DNA of 64,000 bases from Tubulanus polymorphus. Lineage: Eukaryota > Animalia > Nemertea. Where the stretch lies: positions 8,402,451 to 8,466,450 of the forward strand of contig NC_134035.1 of assembly GCF_964204645.1 (NCBI RefSeq), given 5' to 3'. A model generated the notes under the pieces. That model saw only the letters and a program-made list of their open reading frames with translations, did no database searches and had not been told where the DNA came from. This document shows positions 29,070 through 40,096 of this stretch, one piece after another (position 1 is the first letter of the stretch; every line of letters begins with the position of its first letter). The position numbers were made by a program, and so were the translations under genes.

Positions 29070-29150
29070 CACTGGATTAACAGATTATCGTTTTTATACT
29101 ACCTACAACCCTAATACGAGCCCCTGTGCCCGCGGGTGATTTGCCCTACG
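28922..29150. repeat. Long palindrome centred on (TA)n (28998-29065)
   Basis: ~77-bp near-perfect inverted arms. Confidence 0.9.
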
Positions 29151-31552
29151 CGGGTGATTTGCCTATACTGGATTAACTCCAGGCGACATCTTGTATGGAA
29201 CGCCGCCAGCCTAGCTAAAACTCTACATCGTATTTCAATAGTCATGCCGTCATCGTGCACGACTATCATTTATTTATTCATTCTATTAACACTCAAACCC
29301 ATTACAGGTATTAGAGGGACAACACGAGATTTACAGATTTAATAACGCATTATAGAAAAAATTACGAATCCAATAACACGATATACTCGACAAAAATAAG
29401 TAATTAGGACTACAGAGATGTACATTCAAATGAAAAACTGGAAAAATACTAATGAGAGCAATTATTCAGTAGACAAATGCAATTTTTAAATAATTTTTTG
29501 GAAAATACTGCAAGATCTTCATGTGATTGAGGTAATAATACATCTCTCGTTCAGGTGGTGAGTGTAAATAGATTTAATTGCGATAGGGACATTTTCAACT
29601 TTTTTGATAATTCGGTTGCGTTAAAACCAGTCCTTTGTCTAATATTGATACATCACCGACGCTAACCCACTCTGAGTATTGTCTATACAATCGTGCAATG
29701 TTATTATTCATTAATTCCATTTTTTTAAAAAATCGGTATGAAAAAAATGAAAATCACATCAATCATATTAGACTGGCGTGGTGCCGCGGCAGAATCATTA
29801 TGCATGGCAAACGTTTTTCAACTTGTATTTCGTAGTGGAATTGACCTCGTCGCTAACAGACGCGTTCCTCGCCGAATCGGAACTCGACAAATCTAAATTC
29901 AAACTTTGATCGGCATAGACGTTACGCGAATCGTTTGTAACTAAGACATGTTGATAATATACTGAATTCGTTTACATCAAGGGGATTTTAAAAAAAGTAG
30001 TAAATTGAACATAACCAACGCTACGCGTAAAGAAACATTCAAGACAGTTTGAAATAAGACAGACTTAGATATGTAATATCATCTATATAGAAATTTTATC
30101 AGGAATTACAAAAACACACATACACCGCAAAGCTTAGTTGAGATATCGGGACGACGGCAATTTGAATACGATAAACCTATAGCTAACTGAACAATAGTGG
30201 ATGCATAATTCTAGTAATCGAATCGCTGATTAAACAACAACTTCACCGTGCGTGCCACACGGGTCTAGACAAATGGTCACCCCGTTAGTGTTGTGGCAGC
30301 TGGACCGGTCAACCGCCACAGACTACCTACGGGGGCTGCTGATACGATGCGGGATCTTTGTGCCCAACTGATTTCCCATAGCTTGGATACAGTTGTATTG
30401 CACCAAACAATTTAACCCTCTCTGCATTGCGTGCACATTATGTGTACATAGTTTTGCGCAATGACGTTCATAAATTCGCTGCTCTAGACCCCTTGTTGCG
30501 TTTTGTATTCACGAACATGGGCATATCTGGTGCCTAATAGTACCATCAAATGGTGATAGAATAAGGTTTTTTTGGTAACTTTGCCATCTTTTCTCTTACA
30601 GCGTATAGTGAATAAAGCACAATGTTTTTTTTTTTTTTGGGGGGGGGGGGGGAGTTGGGCAAAAACAAACTGACTAGAAAAATGTAAATGGGTTAATTTT
30701 CGGCATGTTTAAACAAAAAATCACAATCAAGCAACCCTAGTCTTTCCTCATGCAATATAGGGTTAAAGTCTATAATACCAATCTATACATTTCGTTGCAC
30801 CGTGATAGATTTAACCCCGAAGTCAAAATGATGTTACACTTTCATTCGGCTAACCATGGACTCTAAAACGTTTTTAGAGTCCACGGGCTAACACAGTGCC
30901 GATTAGCTCGCAACGAAACCAGTTTGATACCGAATATCGTATCTTCTCTATCTTCAGTTCTTTAAACGTTTCTGTTGCTTCTGAAAACGTAATGACATTC
31001 TATCGTCGTTCTGATGCGTTGTTGCTAATTCTTCTCTGCGGGCGGTGTAATAATAATTCAATTAATATTTGTCGCGGACAATGAGACGTAAGCGGTTGAT
31101 TTGTGAACGATGCCACGCGCAACGTTCGACGCATCTTCAGGCGGTAGATTAAAATCTCCACATGTTTTCTGTAAATAAGAAACTATTATCATTTATACGA
31201 AATAGATTATTATCATTATTAATCATTGATCATATTTTTTTACGTTATCGCTCAATCCTTTTGTCACAAATCGATCGGAAAATCTATAGCGATTGTCGAA
31301 CCTTCATTACTCTATCTTCGGGTTCCTATATCATCGATTACCTATATGAATGTCGTGTATTCTTTGTGACCTCAGTTTAATTGATGCTTAAACAGATGTC
31401 AACGCGAACAGCCAAACGAAAACAACTATATACGAACGTGGCGAAATAAGTACGAACCTGAAAGCGCGCCACTGGTTGTAAAAATCGAAATGATATCGCA
31501 ATTTCAATTTGCAATTTCATTATCATCCTAGAGTTACTATCTATATAATTTA

Positions 31553-31951
31553 GATTCATTTGATAGATCGCTAAAATAGTCGAATCATTCGAAATTCTTT
31601 TATTATTTCTTTTATTATTAACCATATTTAGCGCCGTATTATGAGTAACAAACACAGTTCTAAGGCACTTATAAAATATTAGAACATCAGTATAATAAAA
31701 GGTGACTAGTTATTGTAGTCTACTAGTGACTAGAAGTACTTTCCATATACCCTCGATTCATTTGATAGATCGCTGAAATTAGTCGAATCATTCGACAATC
31801 TTTTATGGTTTTTTTATCATTCACCATATTTAGTACCGTATTACGAGTTACAAACACAGTTCTAAGGCACTTACAAAATATGTTTTATCAATAAGATATT
31901 AGAACATCACAATAAAAGGTGACTAGTTATTCTAGTCTACTAGTGACTAGA
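31553..31951. repeat. Imperfect tandem duplication of ~190 bp (31553-31734, 31755-31951)
   Basis: Direct alignment by eye. Confidence 0.9.
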
Positions 31952-34814
31952 TAACATTCGACGTGTACGTCCCGTAAGCGGCAGACCGTTTGCCGTTGAA
32001 TCGATGAGACCTATCGTTATTCGCTCCGATGGGTCGGAGATGACGTACGTACATATTAGGAAACGGCTGAAATGGCGGTTTTGCCTGCTGGCCGCCAGCG
32101 CGTCCCCTGGCGCTCGGCGGTTTCGACGTTCGCTGACAGTAGATGATAAAACGAACGAGACCCGACGTCGATAATCAACCGTTCCGCAACCGCGAACAAC
32201 CATTTCGATTCTAACTGCGTTCTAGCACGAACACCGCGTAGATATACTGAGAAAACTAACTTGAAAGTTTATTGATGTCTTGCGAAATAACACATCGTCT
32301 GATATTGTCGATAATGGATGATATTATGATTCGAATTATATAATATTAAATAAACAATAAAGTTATTTTAGATTTGAATGTACTGATTATTGAATTGAAT
32401 TGACCGGCAACCAGTCCAACCCCGATATATTGATGACGTAGTGCACTTGCTCTCAAAAAATAACGATCAGAATTTATCAAAAATGATATTACAGTTATGA
32501 AAAATTTCTAATTACAGAACAAATGTCAAAATTCCTGATTGTTATTGTTATTTTGAAACGCCGATATTGATGACGTAGCGCACATCGACTCGCACAGAAC
32601 CCCTTGGATAACGCGTACTAGGAAAAGATGTATATGAACATTATTGTAACGGTTTTTACGGCGTTGAACAAATCTGTTAGTTCTTTTGTGTTTAATAGCG
32701 AGTGTTTTTTTGGCAGCTGGTATAAGAGCTCGATTTTGCTAAACAACGGTAAAAGGGTTGTTGAGATACATTTGAACAACGTATCCGGTATCTATTGACT
32801 TTGAAGTTGTCATCTGTGTATACTACACGTTGTAACGTAAGGCTGATACCGAGTTGTTTGACGACTCCGAATACCGTTTCGCAGGACCGGCGGAGGCGAG
32901 TTGACATTGGCCCGGCTCATATCATCCGGCTGCACAAGGCCACCGCGTGAAAATCTCGCACCTATCTTTTTCAAGGGATTCGGAGATGCTCCCCGGGAAA
33001 ATTTCTGTTAAGCAGTTGTATTTCAAAGACTCCAAGGCTATAGACGATAGTTTTCCGGTATCATGATTCAGGTCGATTCAGTCGCTTTGTTTATGAATTT
33101 GACGGATCTAGACGCGCGTAGTTGTTCCATAGTCGACCACAAGAAAAATCATCATCGACGCAAAATGATTGGCTCGGTGAAAGCGGTATTCAATTTACTA
33201 CTAGTTATTAGCGATAAGACCGTATAATGCGATTCTTATCAATAATTGCGATATAGCAAAGTTAGTTAAAAAGCTGTAATTATCTATTTCTTCATTATCT
33301 CGACGAGGCAATACTGACATTCATTTCTATGGTAATTCAAAACGATGTATATATGTTCACGGACATAAAAGCGACTACCGAGAAGTTGTACCAGGATGTA
33401 ATTAATCGACTGGCTACCCCCAGGTATATATCGTAATCACTTGTTTATTACCCCGAGTCAATACGTACCAACTCATTTATCTTTCTTGTCGTGTCTTAAT
33501 CGCGAGTGCTGCAGGCAATCTCTCGAACGGCGCCCGTTGCGCGCGTAGTTCTAATTAGCGAATCCTGGAAATCGTGCCACCGCCCGATATAATGCGATCA
33601 TCGCGTGCCAGTTGTGTCTGTGTAAAATACGCCGGGAATTTATTTCTCGTGTTTTACCATGTCAACAGACAATATACTATACACAACTACGAAATTAAAT
33701 ATAGCAGCAAAGCAGCGATAACGGGATTTCTGACCAACTATGCTGTCTAAACTCAAAGTATTATAGAAAATGAAAATATTTCATTTCAAAATATATAATT
33801 ACGGTAACGATGATAATATTCAGCAGAATTACGATAGGGTTTCTGACGAATTAACCAGTTACCCAGTGGCAGATTCATGGGGGCCTAAGCCGCCCGGGCC
33901 CGGCCTTTGTTTTTGCCGAGATAACATTTTCACAGCCTGACTCCACCCCTGCGTTTCAATGTCAACGAACAATTTTACCCTCGTTTCAACCCGTCACTAA
34001 ACAAACGTCAAGGGCATTTTGCACTTAGTCAAACCGGGTAATACTTAATACACCGCTAATTCAAATCTTGAAATTCGCATTAAACACACTGAGTATCGTA
34101 TTTATAGTTTTGATGCTTCGATACCTAAGTTGGAAAAGTTTAACGCCGATATCAGTGGGATGTATTAATTTTAGAGACTGCAGTGCTTCATTCATATGTC
34201 TCATCATCCTCGCTTGCCGGTATCACTCCCGAACTCGCTTCCACCAGCCCCCTGGCCTCACGAAGCGTGATTTCATTACTGGCGCATGACGTCATATATC
34301 GATTTGCGAAATACTTCCTTGTTCAGCAAAACGTTCGCTGATTGGTCTATAATAACGGGAAAACCAATAGAAGCCTAAAGTCGTTTGTTACAAGCGCTGT
34401 GATTGGTACGACCGGATTCTGGTCGGCTAGTAACGACTCCAACGACTCGTGAGGTCAAGGGGTTCGGCGAACAGCTTTAGCGTAGTGGGTTCGAATCCCT
34501 TGATGGGTGAAGATGATGTCTCATACGCCACTATAAAATATTTGAAAATTACGTTTCTGCGTGTAGTACCTAACTGTTCTCTATAATAGATCGTTTGGTA
34601 GCCTTCGGAAAATTGGTGAAGGTCCGTGAAAACGCTTTGTTGTTTTATGGTAACCATTAACGGACCCATAATCTAAATAGAATTACAGAATTCAATGAAA
34701 ATGGATGCGCAATACTCTGTTCGATCGTTAGTCTCCCTTGCACTGATTCAAGCATTTTCAAGCTGCGTTGATACTCGTTTCCTAAGAGCGATGCATTTTC
34801 TTCTATCGTTTCAG

Positions 34815-35163
34815 TCATGACGTCGTACCGATAGTGATGGGCGCGCACAAGATCGACTACGAACGAGCGGCGCCTCGTCATTCGTTCATTCACGTCGACG
34901 ATTTCGAATCTCCGCAACACCTGGCCGCCTACTTGCACAAACTCGACAAAAACGACGCGTTGTACAACGAGTATTTCCGCTGGAAGGGCACCGGTCGTTT
35001 CATCAACACGTATTTCTGGTGTCGTCTGTGCACGATGGCGAACGCCGACGACGCGCTGAAACGACGCTCGTACGCCGACATCGAAAACTGGTGGCGCGGA
35101 CCGGGAGTTTGTAACGGTAAAAGTCGCTGGACTGAGGCTACATACGGCAAAATGTGGTCTTGA
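34815..35163 (+). CDS. FucTA: Alpha-1,3-fucosyltransferase, coding exon 2 (C-terminal)
   Basis: Acceptor tttcag|T at 34814/34815 completes TC|T (Ser); continues HDVVPIVMGAHKIDYERAAPRHSFIHVDDFESPQHLAAYLHKLDKNDALYNEYFRWK...FWCRLC, the rest of the GT10 motif; TGA 35161-35163. Joined CDS 1386 nt = 461 aa. Confidence 0.93.
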
Positions 35164-36515
35164 GTTTCGGCCGGCTGAATTAGTTGTTAAAATTAGTTTT
35201 TTTTTGTTAATTCAATTGTTCAACAACCTGACGGAAGATGGCAGCTCCCGCGATCTATAACGCAACGTGGGTAATTTCTTGAGGCGTCAACTTCTGAAAC
35301 GGTTGATTGTGTTTGTTTATTTGTATTTTGTGAAATTGGTTCTTGTCAATTCGGAAATATGTTGATGCTGAGTTTTTCCAGCTGACCGGGGCAATTTGAT
35401 CAAGTCTCATGATTATTTTGACTATACGAACATATCTGGGCCCAGTCCTATAGTTCAAAGTACTATTTAGCTCTAGGGTTAGAATAAGTAAATTTTCCGA
35501 TTGCAACATTCCAACTGATAACTGTGCACCAAAAGACCAAGACCCGGTCATTGGTTAGTTTGAGGTGAAATTGGTTCATTTTCAATGTTATATAGCTTTG
35601 TATCTACCACAACCTATACAAGAATATGAAGTCCTGGCTAATCTATATTTCACATAGGCCAAATTAAAATGTGTCTTATGACGGAAAACGTTCTTAGTTG
35701 TTTGATGGTTTTTTGAGAATGTAGCTTTTCCTTTAGGAAGTAATGTTTAAATCCTATTATTGCTTTGTGTTAAAATAAAGTAGCTTACGTTTCCTCGCCA
35801 ATTTGGTCGACGATTTGCAACAATTTGATTTGACACGATTTGCTTTTCTTGTTACGAGTTCATATCTTCAGGCGAATTTAATTAACACTTAGTTCGTATA
35901 TCATACGTTTTACTCCATGGCGTTTTGAATTATCCTCACTCGAATTTCATCGTTGTATCTGGCTATCTAGGCGTTGGCCGACCGTCCAGTAGTTGACACT
36001 TAACGGCGTGGTTGTGACAAAACGCTTGCTATTATTATTGTATATAGCGCATAAGATGACTTGACTTCGTAACCTTCCATCGCGCAATGTGATATCTGCT
36101 ATCTATGTGTCTACAGTTAGGAATAGCAGACCTGACTACGATTACTATTTGAAAATAGTTCTACCCTTTTAAGAGCTATACTACTCATAGACATATCACA
36201 ATACTCCATCGTCGGTCGTTCTCAATTATGATACTATTTCAGATGTTTAATTGTGTTGAAAACTACATGCACCACAAAGGTAAATATTTAAGTATAGCCA
36301 GGCCTGGAGTACGAAAGCGGTAGGGGACGAATATAACACCGATTTACTGAACATGAAAATGAAAATTTGAACCCTTCCCTATAATGCCCAAGATAAGACG
36401 AAGGTGGCAAATAGAGATTGAACCACACTGATGGCCTTAGAATTATATTCTAAAACGAAAACCAGAAAACGAAGAAAACACTTTCAAGCTATTCTTGCGT
36501 GACATCCTAGACAGC

Positions 36516-36619
36516 CTGGACCCAGTTCCATGAGTTAACTCTGAGTTAAATTAGTTCATTTTCAATGAGTTAACGCTAATGAATTGAATCTCAACTGAGA
36601 ACTGTGGAGCTGGATCCCG
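36516..36619. mobile_element. Internally deleted copy of the same MITE
   Basis: Same TIRs and GTTCATTTTCAATGAG core. Confidence 0.8.
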
Positions 36620-37000
36620 GTGTATTATATTTCACGTAAGCAGTTCATGCCCCCTACGCCATCTATCCAAATAGGCTGCAATTACCTGTATCATATTTGA
36701 TACAAAGCCGGTATTAGAGGGTTTCAATATTCAAGAACCGGTGTCGTGGTTGTTTCGGTCGCCACAGCTTTCGCTATGATTACCATATCTACGTCTCGGC
36801 GAGCGACAGCTTCGATAACGACAGTTTGACAAACGTGCGTGTATGGTTTCTGGTAATCCGTCATTTTTAAGATTGTCGATCTGTTTGTTACACTAGTTTT
36901 TTAAATATACATTTACATCGACTATAATGAGATATCGAAGTGATGACGAGAGTGTGTATGCCCGGGGTGACAGCGGAGTGAATGATGTAGCACCATATAC

Positions 37001-37114
37001 CTGGACCCAGTTCCACAGTTGTGAGTTAGAGTTAACTCCGAGTTAAAGTTAGTTCATTTTCAGTGTGTTAACTCAGAGTCAAATCTTAACTCGGAACTGT
37101 GGGACTGGACCCAG
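37001..37114. mobile_element. Palindromic MITE, same family (Harbinger-like by termini)
   Basis: CTGGACCCAGTTCCACAGTT...AACTGTGGGACTGGACCCAG. Confidence 0.85.
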
Positions 37115-38062
37115 TATTTCAAAACGTTTCTTCTCGTATAAAATTTCTAATAAGTATGGAAATCTCTGGCTGTTTTTTTTTTTTAATTCGGGAATACTTT
37201 CGGTATGTTGGTAGAATTCGGTTTACTTTTTGATTACGTCGTATCTGGTGTACATTTGTAATTTTCTAGATAGATATTTCGAATTTTGTTCCGGATCGGG
37301 GTACACCGATTTTGTTGAAGTCAAGTTCAATTCAATTCGAATAGAATATGGTTCCGTGATGTTTTACTCATTATAAAAACCGCATAACGGTACGAATAAA
37401 CAAGATTAGTTAGCCTTTGTTAGTCCTGATTTGAGCACGGTACCCTCATTACTGAAATATAATTTATCGGGTGGCGGAATAAAAATGTCCGTTATTAGAA
37501 AATCTGTCTTTACGTGTGATAAGATTTTGACATGAAACGTATCGTTGAAATAAAGTTTATAATATATATATATTATTTAAGATAAATCCATTCTTGCTTG
37601 TTGTTGGTATGTAATGTTGAAGAAACGACTGTCACTGGTTAAAGATGATACCTGTCTATCAAACTTGGCACAGTGGATTTACAAACTTCTGGCCCACCAC
37701 CAATATGGCGTTGTCAAGTTTAAAAAAGCACATGGCTGTACGATCTCTGTATTATCATCCTCACTCGGATGCTCTTCTAAGACGTCGTATCAGTTGAAAT
37801 GAGTATTTTTCCTTCGATTTTTTCCCCCAAAATGAACAATTCAGTAAATAAACAAACCAGATCAGTAAACTTTTCATTGTTTTCTATACGGAAAGTAACG
37901 TCAAGTATATTCTAAAAGTCTTCACTGCCTTCGCACTGAATTTCATATCTTTGTATTTCATTACGAAAATATCTAACCAACACTGATAACAAATTTCAAT
38001 TTTAACACAAAAAAATATCACACATAGGCCCCGTGGGTACACGCTATACCCCGGAGGGTCGA

Positions 38063-38587
38063 TCACACATGGGCCCCGCGGGTACACGCTATCCCGCGAG
38101 AGGTCGTGTTCTCAATAGTCACGTACAAGTCTCCGTCAATCGTCTGCTGAGATTTGCGATGCGCCGGCGATTCGTTCGATTCGGCGTCGTCTTGCATTAA
38201 AGTCGTTAACAGGAGATCGTTCTGCGAAGACGTTCGCACGTTTACTTGTTTGGAATTCGTAGACTGATCGCTGCTGGCGGCGTCCAGTAATTTCGTATTC
38301 ATGTTAGTCGGCTTCAACCGAATAACCGCGTTTTCCAGCGCGCCGTTTTTGTTCGAAGATACGATGACTTGCATGGCCGTGCGAACCGACGAAACGGCGG
38401 CGAGCGGCATCATCGACGTGCTCGTGCTGCGAGGATCTCGCCGCCGAGACGAGAATCTCGAACTTTCTCGCCTCGAAACTTGCATTATGTATTCGTTATC
38501 GCAGTAGGAGCAACAGTTCAGCGGCGATCCGCCGAACGCCTTCCCTAGCTTGTAGCGCTGCCAAACCTTCGCCAATTCTAAGCGTAC
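38063..38587 (-). CDS. Class B1 GPCR last exon: helix 8 and Ser/Thr-rich C-tail
   Basis: VRLELAKVWQRY helix 8; open to TGA at 38065-38063. Confidence 0.92.
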   Translation of the reverse strand, partial: VRLELAKVWQRYKLGKAFGGSPLNCCSYCDNEYIMQVSRRESSRFSSRRRDPRSTSTSMMPLAAVSSVRTAMQVIVSSNKNGALENAVIRLKPTNMNTKLLDAASSDQSTNSKQVNVRTSSQNDLLLTTLMQDDAESNESPAHRKSQQTIDGDLYVTIENTTSRGIACTRGAHV

Positions 38588-38682
38588 CTTTAGAATATCA
38601 GAAACCATTGATCATTAGTTATTGTTAAGTCATTCGACGATAGTAAAGACGGATATGTATTCTTCGAAACACTAAATCTCAC

Positions 38683-38724
38683 CTCGCCGTTTAGGAAACA
38701 AAATAACAATGCTACTACGAATCC
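38683..38724 (-). CDS. Class B1 GPCR TM7 micro-exon (GFVVALLFCFLNGE)
   Basis: 42-nt exon typical of class B1 genes; ttttcag / gtgag boundaries. Confidence 0.95.
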
Positions 38725-39152
38725 CTGAAAAGAATATCGGAAATCATTTAAAATTACATACTGTCTAGGGCCGTACTACGGGGGCATTCGTAAAAGTGGC
38801 CCTTGGAGCATCTGCTTGTGCCCTGATTTATCATGAAATATCATTGTCATGTGTATACATCCAATAGAAAATTGATATATAATCCATGGGGCTGACTGCT
38901 ATATTGTTTTAGGTCTAGCCGAGGTTTTTGCCAGGGACTGTAAGAAGAATTGTGCTACCAGTAATTGCCCTTTTTAGGGTTTTCTGCCCCTCCTGATGTC
39001 GGATATGTCTTCGTAAATTACAGATTCCACTAGGGACAACGAAAAATAGCCAAATTCCGACGCCAGATTGATCATTATATCTTCATCTTAAAATTTTCGC
39101 TCTGATTATCATCATTACTAGAAACACGTATTTCGCCGAAAGGCATTTTTAC

Positions 39153-39294
39153 CTGAAATGAGTTGAAGAACATTTCGTAGTAGAGTTTGACGAGTTCAAC
39201 CGTCGTGTTTTTGATTTTGTCGGGAAAACAAACGAACACTATGTAGTGCACTCCGAAAAGAGGAATCAAAACCAGAGTCGACTTTGCCAGCTTC
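39153..39294 (-). CDS. Class B1 GPCR TM6-TM7 exon ([20 protein letters not shown]...[10 protein letters not shown])
   Basis: [14 protein letters not shown] (PxxG) and YEMxFNSFQ resemble PTH/secretin-family receptors; 142 nt. Confidence 0.96.
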
Positions 39295-39680
39295 CTACAA
39301 TAAGTACAGGAACGTACAAACATGAGAGGATAACTTTCATTGAAACAGATATGTCAACGCAGTTTCAAATATCTTGTTGAACTATTGTTATTTACTTGTT
39401 AAAAACAATTTTCGTAAATCTGTACTTTTTGCTCTATGCAAATTATTTTTTTGTGAACAATAAAATATGAATGAATGAATGAATGAATGAATGAATGAAT
39501 GTGACTTTTCGCAAAATGTATCTTTTTTGATACTGTTTGTTCGTGCCACCACCGCGCCGAAACCGATGTCAATTCATTTCCAAAAGCTTTCATTCGGAAA
39601 GGTTTACTCCGAGGTAGTAACCTTGAAATTATTTTTTTCGCATGTAGGCTACGTCCTCACCAAGCTTTTTTCGTACCTAC

Positions 39681-39763
39681 CGATATTTCCCGACATCTTG
39701 AGTCGTCGCCGAAATCTTCGAGAATAAAATTCGAACTATGCTGATGAAGAAAACGAAATTGAC
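39681..39763 (-). CDS. Class B1 GPCR TM5-ICL3 exon (VNFVFFISIVRILFSKISATTQDVGKY)
   Basis: NFxxFxxIVRIL motif; ttccag acceptor, gtaggt donor. Confidence 0.93.
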
Positions 39764-40026
39764 CTGGAAAAAACCGCGATGAAAACACAAAAAGATTATA
39801 TATGCTTTCACGACACAAATAGAAATATCTAAAAAATCTATTAGAAATCATATCATTGATTTAGAATTGGACATTTATCGTTGTGACAAGCTGCATAACC
39901 ACTGGCCTGGACTAGTTCTATTTGTTTACTGGTTATAAAGCAGCTTGTCCTATAAGCAGTTGGATTTTGAGACCGAAGAATGTGATTGAAAAGATTTGAA
40001 ACAAATAAAAAGAAATTTCTACTTAC

Positions 40027-40096
40027 TACGATGGTAAAAACATTATAGCCCTTTAAAATCCAGAAATGTGATCTTTCGGAATGTACATTCCAGCAC
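40027..40096 (-). CDS. Class B1 GPCR ECL2-TM5 exon (CWNVHSERSHFWILKGYNVFTIV)
   Basis: ECL2 CW motif; cttctag acceptor, gtaagt donor; 70 nt in phase. Confidence 0.9.

Noticed and set aside
18334-34814. Nested gene or alternative FucT exons in the large intron
   Set aside because: No ORF with recognisable motifs or a consistent exon chain was found by eye; small exons cannot be excluded.
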